A stretch of DNA of 55,571 nucleotides from the NCBI GenBank assembly GCA_043804895.1, contig JAZDIN010000066.1, positions 1-55,571 of the forward strand, read 5' to 3'. Made by a program: the position numbers and the translations under genes. This document shows, piece by piece, positions 31,802 to 41,356 of this stretch. Source of the DNA: Candidatus Altiarchaeota archaeon (GTDB taxonomy: Archaea > Altiarchaeota > Altiarchaeia > IMC4 > SCGC-AAA252-I15). The notes under the pieces were generated by a model. That model worked only from the letters and a program-made list of their open reading frames with translations, did not search any database and was not told the origin of the DNA. The number at the start of each line of letters is the position of its first letter. The first letter of the stretch is position 1.

Positions 31802-32257
31802 ATGTCAAGAGGAAGCGAGGAAAAACCAAAGGAGGAAGGAGGTATTCCGGGAAAAGAGGAGTTAGATAAGGAGATAAGTAGTCGTTTTATAACGATTCCT
31901 TTTGTTATCACTGATGAGGACGGTACGAGACATTATCTCCAAGATACATTAGAACAACACGGGAGGGATAGTTACATCCAAAATTTAAGTGACAAGTGGG
32001 ATAAGCATAAGATTATGGAGGGGCTTTTCAATGGAATTATAGGGGCAGGATTAGAGTACTCTAATACAATGAGGTTACCTCCAAAAATAGACGCTGACAG
32101 AATAAAGAAGATGTGGACTAATGCCCCTGAGGGGTATAAGGACCGCTGGAGAAAAGTGGCCGGAGAGGTAGGGCTAAAAACGGACGAACAGATAGTAGGG
32201 GGTTTGGTTTATCACACGTTGACACGGCAAATAATGGGAATATCAAAGGAGAAATAG
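31802..32257 (+). CDS. Hypothetical AT-rich orphan protein
   Basis: 151-aa ORF with GAGGTG SD; visibly A/T-rich codons. Confidence 0.7.
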   Translation: MSRGSEEKPKEEGGIPGKEELDKEISSRFITIPFVITDEDGTRHYLQDTLEQHGRDSYIQNLSDKWDKHKIMEGLFNGIIGAGLEYSNTMRLPPKIDADRIKKMWTNAPEGYKDRWRKVAGEVGLKTDEQIVGGLVYHTLTRQIMGISKEK

Positions 32258-32352
32258 AAGGAACAGGAAGTATTCTCGCGTAAAATATTGAATCCACAGT
32301 CAACCTGATTGGATACTCCTTGACTTAATCATCAGACCATCCACTTACACGG

Positions 32353-33714
32353 TCAACTCGACGTCTTCGCCTTCTTCCTGCCACTCCTACGAGGCGCCTT
32401 AGGCCGCGTAAGCCGAATCCGCCCAAGAATCTGCCGAATATATGATGCGCCAGCTGCGTATTGCTTCGGAGGCTTGTTAACGAGGCCCCAGAAGCCGACT
32501 GAGCCGAGTATTATGAACGCGACTTCGTAGGGTATGAGGTACCGTTCCTCACCGACGGCCTGGACGTACACGACAATTAGGAGGGAGGCGACTAACAGTA
32601 GGAGGAGGATGACGTGTTTCCTGTTTTCCTTAGCAACGTACATGAATGAGATGAGTGATAGGGGGATGAGCATCCCGTATGTGAAGAGCTTGAAAATGAG
32701 GAATAGGGTCTCATAACCGGTTACTGAGCTGAAGCGAGGGAACAGGTAGCTGTGGAAGACCTTGAAAATTTGCTTGATATTTGATACTATCCTAGATGGG
32801 TTCTTCTTTATACAATCCAACCCCATCAGGTAATAGTACGTCTGATTCGTGAACTGCACGTTGGTGATGACCTTCCGGCTCTCCGGGTAGTCGATGTTTC
32901 CGGGGGAGATGAAGTGGGCGAATTCAGTGTTGGTTCTGTATCCTATCTCCCGCAGGTCACACCAGGTTAAGACGAAGTTGGGGCCGCCATTGGTTGAGAT
33001 GGACAAAGACTTTCCCCCAGTCACCTCATAGCTGTAGAGGGAGTGCAGGGAGAGTACCGCCATGAATGCTGCCAGGAATAATGCCAACCCTTTCAGCCCC
33101 CCCTTGTTGTAGTGGTAGTGCCAGGCCAGGAAGAGGGGAGTGAAAAGGATGAGGGGCGGCCGCGTTACCGCCGCCAGACTGAGTGTGAGTCCAGAAATAA
33201 CAAACCATGTTTTTTTGCCGGCGTCTAGTTTGCACACTATTATGTAGAGGGAGGCCGCGAGGAGGGGGAGGAAGAGATTCTCGCTTAGGATGAACACGTT
33301 CAAGTAGATGAGGGGGTAGAATACAGCATATATGAGGCATGCGGTGATTGCCGCCTTCCTTGATGCTATTTTCTCAGTTATCCGGTAGATGAAGAATGGA
33401 GATAGGCAGGACATTAGGGCATGGACGAATGGCAGGAGCATGTACTTTTGACCGTATAACCCCAGGGCCTTGAGGACATAATAGACCCAGGACAGGAAGA
33501 TATAGTAGGACGGTGGCCAAAATGTCGGAGCCCATGATTTCCTGTTGTTGAGTAGGTCATCGGCGTGGCCGTCGTAGAAGACCATGTCCGAGACGACGTA
33601 ATTCGCAGGCTGGGTGAATGGGTAGATGTAGGCGACTCTGACTGCAAGGGATAGGAGGATTAGCGCCAGGATTATGTGCCAGTCCTTCAGCCTGATTTCA
33701 AGAGTCCTGGCCAT
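32353..33714 (-). CDS. Membrane glycosyltransferase, GT39/PMT/ArnT-like
   Basis: SD..FYD.A, FWPPSY, ILSENL and ERYLIP motifs; many TM helices. Confidence 0.88.
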   Translation of the reverse strand: MARTLEIRLKDWHIILALILLSLAVRVAYIYPFTQPANYVVSDMVFYDGHADDLLNNRKSWAPTFWPPSYYIFLSWVYYVLKALGLYGQKYMLLPFVHALMSCLSPFFIYRITEKIASRKAAITACLIYAVFYPLIYLNVFILSENLFLPLLAASLYIIVCKLDAGKKTWFVISGLTLSLAAVTRPPLILFTPLFLAWHYHYNKGGLKGLALFLAAFMAVLSLHSLYSYEVTGGKSLSISTNGGPNFVLTWCDLREIGYRTNTEFAHFISPGNIDYPESRKVITNVQFTNQTYYYLMGLDCIKKNPSRIVSNIKQIFKVFHSYLFPRFSSVTGYETLFLIFKLFTYGMLIPLSLISFMYVAKENRKHVILLLLLVASLLIVVYVQAVGEERYLIPYEVAFIILGSVGFWGLVNKPPKQYAAGASYIRQILGRIRLTRPKAPRRSGRKKAKTSS

Positions 33715-33731
33715 TCTGAGGGTTTCCTTTT

Positions 33732-34079
33732 TCAGGGGCTGCTTATTGCCTTGACTTTCTCTTTGGTTTTCTTCTCCAGGAGTTCGTATCTTTCGAAGCT
33801 GAGTTTCATGCTCCACAGGCCCCAGACGAAAAGGAGGCTGATGATGAGTAGGAGTATTCCTTCGAAGTTCTTCACGACGGTTTTCAGGTTCGGGAGGAGG
33901 GCCTCGTAGGGGATTAGGCCTACGGTCTGGTGGAAGATGGTCAGTATGAAGGCCATGGTGACTGCAAGCCATGGTTTGTTCAGCCTGTTGTGGCGGTAGA
34001 TTCCGTACGACAGGTAGGCGGCGGTGATAGAGCATAAAACCGACAGGATGTCAAGCGCATAGTTTATTTCGGGCAGCAT
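33732..34079 (-). CDS. Small three-TM membrane protein
   Basis: Three hydrophobic segments; overlaps the upstream KaiC-like gene. Confidence 0.75.
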   Translation of the reverse strand: MLPEINYALDILSVLCSITAAYLSYGIYRHNRLNKPWLAVTMAFILTIFHQTVGLIPYEALLPNLKTVVKNFEGILLLIISLLFVWGLWSMKLSFERYELLEKKTKEKVKAISSP

Positions 34080-34582
34080 TTTCTCACCTCGTCCATGAAG
34101 GACTCTATTGTTTTTATGATCGTGTGGTCCATGTCGGACTCGAGGGCCAGCATTATGCCGTCCATCTCCTGTATCCTCAGTTTGTTGAGCAGGAAGTTGG
34201 AGAACTGTCCGACGACTTTGGAGTCGTTATACAGTAGTAGTGTGCTGAGGGAGTCGAGAAGGAGTATCTTGTGGCCTGGGAGGTGTTCGATGCCAGTGTT
34301 TATTGCGATTGCGATGGCTGTCATGTCCTGTAGGCTTTCGACAAACAGGCAGTTGGGGGGTTCCGGTATTTTCCCTGTTGAGACTTCGCGGGTTATGCAG
34401 TCGATGAAGAATATCCTGCTGGTGTCTATCCCCTCCTCTTTGAAGAGGTTGATGATGTGGTTGTATGGTTTGTTGGTGGTGACGTAGACGGCGTACCTGT
34501 CGCCTATCTCGTGCTTGAAGATGCTGACAACGCCTTCGAAGTATCTCTCCGGGTTGATGAGGTAGAGTACTGTCCTGACCAC
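34064..34582 (-). CDS. Degenerate RecA/KaiC-fold protein without Walker A (DUF7504/DUF835-like)
   Basis: VYVTTNKPY, FFIDC, LLDSLSTLLLYN and F.DEV pattern. Confidence 0.8.
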   Translation of the reverse strand: MVRTVLYLINPERYFEGVVSIFKHEIGDRYAVYVTTNKPYNHIINLFKEEGIDTSRIFFIDCITREVSTGKIPEPPNCLFVESLQDMTAIAIAINTGIEHLPGHKILLLDSLSTLLLYNDSKVVGQFSNFLLNKLRIQEMDGIMLALESDMDHTIIKTIESFMDEVRKCCPK

Positions 34583-34654
34583 GGTAAGTACATTAAAAGG
34601 GAGTGGATAAAAAGTAGGATACTGGCTGCTGAAGCAGCCAGTCCATTATTTGAT

Positions 34655-35719
34655 TCAGTAGCCGACGACCTGGTCTATAGCGTCAAGGTATTCCTTCAGC
34701 TCTGCCATGGTCCTGTCTGCCATGTGCGCTACCCTGAAGGCCTTCCCCTTCAGGTCGCCGTAGCCGTTGCTGAACTGGTATCCTTTGCCGCCGAGCTGTT
34801 TGCTAAGTTCGGCTAGGTCGTAGTTCCTGCTGTTGTTGGCGCATGTGACCGTCTGGGACAGGCACCACGGCTCACAGTAGAGCTGCCAGTTCTTCTTCAC
34901 CCAATCTTGGGTGTGCTTCGCCATATCAGCGTGTCTTTTGAACCTGTTCTCCAGGCCTTCCTTATCGAGTATCTTCCCGCACTGGTATTCGAGGGCCCTA
35001 ATTTGGGGTATCGGCGGAGTGCTTGGTGTCTGGTCCTTGTCCAGCTTCTTCAGGTAGTCCTGGTAGTCGAAGTAAAGTCCTCTGTTCGGAACGCTTTTTG
35101 AGCGCTCAAGCGCCTTGGCGCTGACCGCCGTGAATGCGAGGCCTGGGGCGACTCCGAAGCTCTTCTGCGTCCCTGTGACCAGGACGTCTATGCCGAGCTT
35201 GTCTGTTTCTATCTTGACTCCGCATGCGCTTGACACAGCGTCCACGCAGAATATCACGTTGTTATCCTGACATATCTTCGAGAATCCTTCAAGGGGCGTC
35301 ATCGCGCACGTTGACGTCTCGTTGTGTGTGAGGAAGAACGCGTCGAATTCTCCTGAGTTCAGCTTCGCCTCCACGTCCTTCGGTTTAGCTGCGCTGCCCC
35401 ACTTTATCTCCAACTTCTCAACCTTCTTGCCGCATGCGACTGACATCTTGTACCACCGTTCGCTGAACGCACCGTTGACGACGTGAAGCGCCTTCTTCCC
35501 GACGCAGTTCAAAACCGCAGCCTCCATCCAACCGCTTGAGGACATCGGCCCCACGAACATCGTGTTGTTTGTGTACAGTATCTTCTTCAGCTTGTCTGTG
35601 CAGTTTTTCTGCAGTTCAGAGTACTCTTTGCCGCGGTGGCTTATCATCGGTTCAGCCATCTTGGCAGCTACGTCCGGTAAAACATCTACTGGTCCTGGTA
35701 TGAAAAGTTTCTTCGCCAC
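34655..35719 (-). CDS. Class V PLP aminotransferase (alanine-glyoxylate/serine-pyruvate family)
   Basis: FIPGP, HNETST, VDAVSS, GTQK (PLP Lys) and FRVAHM motifs. Confidence 0.93.
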   Translation of the reverse strand: MAKKLFIPGPVDVLPDVAAKMAEPMISHRGKEYSELQKNCTDKLKKILYTNNTMFVGPMSSSGWMEAAVLNCVGKKALHVVNGAFSERWYKMSVACGKKVEKLEIKWGSAAKPKDVEAKLNSGEFDAFFLTHNETSTCAMTPLEGFSKICQDNNVIFCVDAVSSACGVKIETDKLGIDVLVTGTQKSFGVAPGLAFTAVSAKALERSKSVPNRGLYFDYQDYLKKLDKDQTPSTPPIPQIRALEYQCGKILDKEGLENRFKRHADMAKHTQDWVKKNWQLYCEPWCLSQTVTCANNSRNYDLAELSKQLGGKGYQFSNGYGDLKGKAFRVAHMADRTMAELKEYLDAIDQVVGY

Positions 35720-35849
35720 GTATATCACCCTCTAAATTTATTGTACTACCCTATTGCATTCTCGGGTATAAAAAATAGCTTTACAGCGGCGTACACGCAA
35801 TTGTTTCTTTTAGATACCCAAGGATGTTTCAAGGTTGCGGATTTTAATC

Positions 35850-36221
35850 TTATCTCACAAGCGCTTTCTTAACGTGCCTTACCAGCTTCTCCCGGTTGAA
35901 AGGCTTGGTGAGGTAGTCGGATACGACGTCCTGGAGGCCGAATATTTCCACGCCTGGGCCTTTGTCGACTGTGAGTATTATGACCTTGGTCTTGTCGGTT
36001 ATCTTCTTCTCCTTCAATTTTCGCAGGGCTGTCCAGCCGTCCATCTGGGGCATCCATATGTCGAGTATTATGAGGTCGAACTTCTCCTTCGATGCTTTCT
36101 CCAGGCACTCTTTGCCGCTTTGTGCTGTTGACACGTCAAAGCCTGCCTGTGTTAGGACGAGCTTTACTATGTCCACTAAATCCGGCTCATCGTCCACCAC
36201 CAGTATCCTATTCTTGCCCAT
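35850..36221 (-). CDS. Stand-alone response regulator receiver (CheY-like)
   Basis: ILVVDDE, LDIWMPQMDG and YLTKPF motifs. Confidence 0.95.
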   Translation of the reverse strand: MGKNRILVVDDEPDLVDIVKLVLTQAGFDVSTAQSGKECLEKASKEKFDLIILDIWMPQMDGWTALRKLKEKKITDKTKVIILTVDKGPGVEIFGLQDVVSDYLTKPFNREKLVRHVKKALVR

Positions 36222-37707
36222 CTTCGCCACCTTCATGTATGACTGCGGGGCTTGAGACTATGCCCCTGCCTTTCTCCGTTATCTCCAGGAACTTGTAACG
36301 CCCCTGGGTTAGTATCTTCAGGAGCCCCTTGTTCTCAAGCTCGTATATCCTCTTCCTCGCCGTCGTCTTCGTTATTGCGAACTTCTTTGTTATGCTCTTG
36401 AAGGAGGGCGTCTTCCTCCTAGCGTTCTCGGTGTAAACAAATAGTAGGACCGAATATAAAGGCTCCCCCAAGGATATCTTTTCCGCGTTCGTGAGGTCCT
36501 CTAGCTCCTGCAGGAGGAGTGCTAGCTTCTCCCTGCTAAGCGTGGAGGCGTCGAGGGACACGAGGAGTATGCACTTGCTTGGGGTTATCACGTCGTTTAG
36601 GTTGTGTATGAACTTCAGGACCGTGTTGAAGTCGTTCTCTGTTATGAGGTAGTCGAGGCGCTGCACGAGTAGTATGGAGTCTGTGTCGAATCTTATGAAG
36701 TCCTTTATCACCAGAAGCATCCGGTCAAGGTCCTTCGGCTTCACCGACTTCTCGTCAGTCTGGGCGTTGGTCATCCAAAGGACGGGCGTAGTCCTCAGGC
36801 TGAATTTCTGCCTCACCTGGGACGGCTGGCTTCGGGTGAACATGAGGCCGTGGTGGTTGTGCGTGACATAGTCTGTGAATATCTCGGTGCTTTGTGATGG
36901 GTTCTCCTCCTGTATGAGGTAGCTGTATCCCATCTTGAGCCGGTATTTCATCGGCGTCTTCCCCTTCCTCTCGTCAAGTGGGATTAGGTGGACTCCGCGG
37001 ATTTGCGCCTCCATGATGAGCATTACTACTGGCACCATCAGGAGCAGTATCGCCAGGCATTGGGTGAGGACGCCTGTGAGGCGCAGCCCGTATTTCATCG
37101 CGAGGCTGAGCCCACTGATGTGGGCGTAGTTTAGGAAGAGGGGGTCCACTATAAGGAGGATGGACCCGAGGCGAGCGCTATTGTATGCGAGAAGACGAAA
37201 GTGAGGTATGTAGTCCTGTGTCAGTTTGCCAAGTGTGAGGAAGATGAATATCATGGCCGAGACTGAGAGGTTGTATTCTATGAGGTATAGGGATGCTGCC
37301 GGTGTTATGAGCCCCATGAGTAGGGTTAGGATTGGCACTGCCACGCTGAGTATCACGAGGCTTTGGAGGGTGACTTTCGTCCTGCCTAGGCTTATCTTCT
37401 GGAACGCTAGAAGCTGAAGTGACGCATAGGACGCGATGATGACGCCGGCGAGTAGTATGGCTGACAGTACCGCTTGGTTCTCTGGTATCGTGTCCCCGTA
37501 TATCCAGTAGTAGTAGGATGTGCCGAACGGATATGCGAGGACCATTAGAGTGGACAGCAGGTACAGCTTCCAGTAGGTTTTGAACCGCGTGTAGTATTCT
37601 ATGAAGTAGGATAGGACCGCCAGAAGTAGGATAGGGAAACACCAGGTTATGATACTCAGTACGTTAGTAGCAGACGTCACGAGACTCCATCCGCTCAGGA
37701 CGGCCAT
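36208..37707 (-). CDS. Multi-TM membrane protein with DUF835-like domain and C-terminal winged HTH
   Basis: About 7-8 TM helices, then TR..P..VLWMT..LDYLITENDF, then ITKTTARKRIYELENKGLL..ITEKG. Confidence 0.82.
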   Translation of the reverse strand: MAVLSGWSLVTSATNVLSIITWCFPILLLAVLSYFIEYYTRFKTYWKLYLLSTLMVLAYPFGTSYYYWIYGDTIPENQAVLSAILLAGVIIASYASLQLLAFQKISLGRTKVTLQSLVILSVAVPILTLLMGLITPAASLYLIEYNLSVSAMIFIFLTLGKLTQDYIPHFRLLAYNSARLGSILLIVDPLFLNYAHISGLSLAMKYGLRLTGVLTQCLAILLLMVPVVMLIMEAQIRGVHLIPLDERKGKTPMKYRLKMGYSYLIQEENPSQSTEIFTDYVTHNHHGLMFTRSQPSQVRQKFSLRTTPVLWMTNAQTDEKSVKPKDLDRMLLVIKDFIRFDTDSILLVQRLDYLITENDFNTVLKFIHNLNDVITPSKCILLVSLDASTLSREKLALLLQELEDLTNAEKISLGEPLYSVLLFVYTENARRKTPSFKSITKKFAITKTTARKRIYELENKGLLKILTQGRYKFLEITEKGRGIVSSPAVIHEGGEDGQE

Positions 37708-37798
37708 AAGACAACCACCAGAGTATATTGTGAATGAAGTTAAATATGCTTTTTAGTGGCACTATTTTGACACTGGACCTTTTTTGACACTAGGCTAT

Positions 37799-38644
37799 TC
37801 AAGGTTCGGCAAGCAAATCCTCAAGATACAACCTCAGAGAACCTAACTTGTAGCCTTTAGACCGAGCTACCGTACCCAGCAGCTTATGCACTCCACTACC
37901 ATACTGCGCAGCCTTCTTCGGCCTGTCTGCGATATAGTCTGGGACTCCCATCCTTATTGCAAGCTTCTTCAGAGCATATTTCCTCACGAACTTCCTGCCT
38001 GAAATCTCGTCACATGTGAGATTACCGTCTTCCCTTATCTTCATATCAAACGGCATCCTACGGACGTACCCTGAAAAATCAGAGTCAAGGTACGGGAACC
38101 TCAACTCGACGCCGTTGCTTGCTGTTACAGCCCGGTCTCGGTCTAGGTTGTCTGCGTCGGCGTTCAACCAGTCTTTCTCCATCCAGGCTACCGTAGCCTC
38201 AGGCCCCCTCTCAACAAGGCATTTAAGGTAGCGCCAGTATCCCCCGAATAGCTCGTCGCCGCCCTGCCCGCACAGCATCACTTTCAGGCCATCGGCTTTC
38301 GCTGCCTCTGATGCGAAGTGCATCGGCATGCCGACTCCGACATCGACTGGATTTGGTTTTTTAACGGCTGATAGTACCTTCGGCACTGTTGCCTCGATGG
38401 TAGCGGCGTCAAGCACAGTGTACCTTATCTGAAACGGCGCGACTGGCGCAAGCATCCGAGCGTACTTCAAGTCCTCGGAGCCTTCAACCCCGACAACGTA
38501 CGCAGTCACCTTCGAAAACTTGGAGGCGACGTATGCCGCCAGCGTGGAGTCAACCCCTGCAGAGAATACCACACCCACCTGCCGCTCGCACACTGCCTCG
38601 ACAGCCTTCGCAAAGAGCCTCTCAAGGTCGCTGAGGGGGTCCAT
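37799..38644 (-). CDS. Asparagine synthase C-terminal (PP-loop) domain protein, no glutaminase domain
   Basis: FSAGVDS, GQGGDELFGGY, LRFPYLD and RPKKAAQYGSG motifs. Confidence 0.88.
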   Translation of the reverse strand: MDPLSDLERLFAKAVEAVCERQVGVVFSAGVDSTLAAYVASKFSKVTAYVVGVEGSEDLKYARMLAPVAPFQIRYTVLDAATIEATVPKVLSAVKKPNPVDVGVGMPMHFASEAAKADGLKVMLCGQGGDELFGGYWRYLKCLVERGPEATVAWMEKDWLNADADNLDRDRAVTASNGVELRFPYLDSDFSGYVRRMPFDMKIREDGNLTCDEISGRKFVRKYALKKLAIRMGVPDYIADRPKKAAQYGSGVHKLLGTVARSKGYKLGSLRLYLEDLLAEP

Positions 38645-38696
38645 AGGAATAGTATCTGACGCCCCCTTTTTATACAGCCAATCCCAATCCTCACAC

Positions 38697-39947
38697 ATGA
38701 AATTCAAGTTCCTTGGCGGCGCCATGGAGGTCGGGAGATCCTCAGTACTCCTTGAGACTGAAGGACTCAACCTAGTCTTCGACTCAGGCACGAAGCTTAC
38801 AGAGCCACCCACCTACCCCCTCCCCACCGAAAGCGTTAACGCAGTCTTCCTGTCCCACGCCCACCTAGACCACTGCGGTAACCTGCCGGCATTGCACAGG
38901 CAGCATAAGATGCCGATATACGCGACCCCAGTCACATTCGAGCTTGCCCACATGATACAGGCGGACAGCATGAAGATAAACAAGCTGAAGGAGTTCCCGC
39001 AAAGCTACACCGAGAAGGACATGGCGCGGATGATTGAGGGGGAGATACACATCCAATACGACAAAGGATACCGCTTCCACAACAAAGTAGACTTCACATT
39101 CTACGACGCAGGCCACATCCCAGGGAGTGCGGGCATACTCGTGGAGGCTGAAGGGAAGAGCGTGTTCTACACCGGAGACACCCACTCCACAGACACGAGA
39201 CTCATGAACAAGGCCGTGTATCCTGAACACGCAGACATCGTGATATCAGAGTCCACGTACGGGAACCGACTCCACCCCCCAAGGAGGGAGGTCGAAAACC
39301 AGTTCCTCCACGAAGTGGAATCCACGCTCGAACGAGGCGGAACCGCCCTCATCCCCGTCTTCGCGATAGGCAGGACGCAGGAGATACTACTCCTTTTGAA
39401 GGACATCGATGCGAAAGTCTACCTGGACGGGATGGCAAAGAGAGCCTCGCAGACGATACTCAGATACCCTGACTCAGTAAAAAACCACTACCACCTCCAG
39501 GAGGCAGTGGACAACACCGAATGGGTTAAGGACAGGAGGCAGAGGAAGAAGATAACAACCGAACCGAGCATCATAGTAACCACAGCAGGGATGATAGAGG
39601 GCGGCCCAGTACTCGACTACCTAAACCACCTACACAAAGACTCAAACAGCAGCATCATACTCACAGGATACCAGGTCGAAGACACCAACGGCCGCCTACT
39701 CGTCGAAAAAGGATACGTCCTCGATGAAGACTCAGGCCGGAGGTTCGACGTGGACATGCAAATCAGCCAATACGACTTCAGCGCACACAGCGACAAAGAC
39801 GAACTCGTCAAGACAATAAAAGCCATGAACCCTGAGGAGATAATACTGATACACGGCGACAAGGATTCGATAGGAAGCCTCAAAAAAGAATTCGGGGAAA
39901 AACGGGTGCACACGCCAAAGGACGGAGAGTCATTAGAGATTGTTTAA
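38697..39947 (+). CDS. Beta-CASP MBL-fold ribonuclease (aCPSF2-like)
   Basis: LGGAMEVGRS, HAHLDH, AGHIPGS, ESTYG and FSAH motifs. Confidence 0.93.
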   Translation: MKFKFLGGAMEVGRSSVLLETEGLNLVFDSGTKLTEPPTYPLPTESVNAVFLSHAHLDHCGNLPALHRQHKMPIYATPVTFELAHMIQADSMKINKLKEFPQSYTEKDMARMIEGEIHIQYDKGYRFHNKVDFTFYDAGHIPGSAGILVEAEGKSVFYTGDTHSTDTRLMNKAVYPEHADIVISESTYGNRLHPPRREVENQFLHEVESTLERGGTALIPVFAIGRTQEILLLLKDIDAKVYLDGMAKRASQTILRYPDSVKNHYHLQEAVDNTEWVKDRRQRKKITTEPSIIVTTAGMIEGGPVLDYLNHLHKDSNSSIILTGYQVEDTNGRLLVEKGYVLDEDSGRRFDVDMQISQYDFSAHSDKDELVKTIKAMNPEEIILIHGDKDSIGSLKKEFGEKRVHTPKDGESLEIV

Positions 39948-40830
39948 TAGCCTACACTGCCCAGAATATGATAAGGTGGCTGTAAAGGAGACTGAGGAGT
40001 CTGAACTAATCCGGGAGAGGCAGGAATATGGCTTGCCACACCCTAGAGCGATTGACAATAATTCAGCGAGTAGACAACTAGAACTTCTGAACAGGGGAAA
40101 TGCAATACTCGGACAATTTTTCCCGACAACCAACCTCCCTAAGATAGACGGCATCACATACTCCGCGTTAAGCAAGCCGCTGGAGTACATGAGTGGGGAC
40201 GTCCACGGCGTCGTCAAATTGGATGACGGCAAGTTCGGACTTTATGTCGGGGATGTCACTGAACACGGCCCAGGCGCAGCCTTGGCAGGAACCTATTTGA
40301 GGGGAATGTTCGACAGCTTGCAAGCAAGGGGGTTGTGGAGAAACCCTGGCGAGATGATGAGGCAAGCCGACTCCATCCTTGCCGAGAACCTGCCAGAAGA
40401 CCAGTCAGCCACACTATTCTACGGCGTTTATGACTCTTTGACGAGAAAATTAACTTACGTGAACGCAGGTCATACTAGACCGATACTATACCATGCTGAA
40501 ACAGGGGAGGTGGAAGTCTGCGGTGCAGGAGGCCTGCCGTTGGGGTATATGAAGGGAGTAAATCGTGAATTTAATAAAGGTTATGAGACAGGTAATGTCA
40601 CGCTCAAAGAAAATGATATTCTCCTAGTCTATACCGACGGCCTCAGCGAAGGCCTTGGAGTTAAAAAGTCAGGCAAAGACGTGGAGTTACTAGGCGACTT
40701 AATCGGAAAAAACAAAAATCTCACCCCGTCTCAGCTCACGGAAACTCTGGCTGGGATGGCAAAAGACGTAAGGGACGATGTCACAATAATGGTGTTTAAG
40801 GTCGACCCTGGGAAATTGTCTCACAGTTAG
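39940..40830 (+). CDS. PP2C/SpoIIE (RsbU-like) Ser/Thr phosphatase; start uncertain
   Basis: SGD, GDVTEHG, VNAGH, YTDGL and DDVT motifs. Confidence 0.87.
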   Translation: MFNSLHCPEYDKVAVKETEESELIRERQEYGLPHPRAIDNNSASRQLELLNRGNAILGQFFPTTNLPKIDGITYSALSKPLEYMSGDVHGVVKLDDGKFGLYVGDVTEHGPGAALAGTYLRGMFDSLQARGLWRNPGEMMRQADSILAENLPEDQSATLFYGVYDSLTRKLTYVNAGHTRPILYHAETGEVEVCGAGGLPLGYMKGVNREFNKGYETGNVTLKENDILLVYTDGLSEGLGVKKSGKDVELLGDLIGKNKNLTPSQLTETLAGMAKDVRDDVTIMVFKVDPGKLSHS

Positions 40831-40837
40831 AAAGAGG

Positions 40838-41323
40838 TCATACTATTTTTCCGCCTTGGTATTTTCCGTCGTATCCGATGACCTCTCCTTCAACCCTTTC
40901 GAACACTATCTGCGCTATCCTCGCCCCCCGCTCGATTGTGAAGTTCCGGTCTGAGAGGTTTTTGAGGCCGAATGTGAGTGTGCCCTTGTATCCTGGGTCT
41001 ACGAGTGCGTTGACGATGGTGCATCCGCAGCGGAATACTGTGCTTCTGTTGAGGACTCTTGCTGTGAGGTCTGCTGGCATGTTAACCTTCTCGAGGGTCT
41101 CCACGAGGACGTACTCCCCAGGAGGGAGGGTGATTGATTCAACCTTCACCTCCTCGACTTCCGGTGTCTTTCTCGAGGACACCCCGAGTGCGCTGTCTGA
41201 TTTGAGCTTGAATATTCGCCCTAGCCTGAGATCGTATCCTGCGCCGCCGAGGCACTCAAGCTGGAAGTGTTCGATGAGGCCTCCGTGTGCGAGTTCCAGT
41301 ATGATGCTTCTCCCAAGGACCAT
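40838..41323 (-). CDS. dCTP deaminase / dUTPase family protein
   Basis: GYDLRL, RSTVFRCG, VDPGYKG and RIAQIVF motifs. Confidence 0.9.
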   Translation of the reverse strand: MVLGRSIILELAHGGLIEHFQLECLGGAGYDLRLGRIFKLKSDSALGVSSRKTPEVEEVKVESITLPPGEYVLVETLEKVNMPADLTARVLNRSTVFRCGCTIVNALVDPGYKGTLTFGLKNLSDRNFTIERGARIAQIVFERVEGEVIGYDGKYQGGKIV

Positions 41324-41356
41324 GGGATTTTATTCCATGGGAGGTAATATATACCG

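Noticed and set aside
32400-32475. CGAATATAT inside the GT39 3' end as a possible third copy of the double-hairpin element
   Set aside because: No TATAG/CTATA ends and the stems are weak; it lies in coding sequence.
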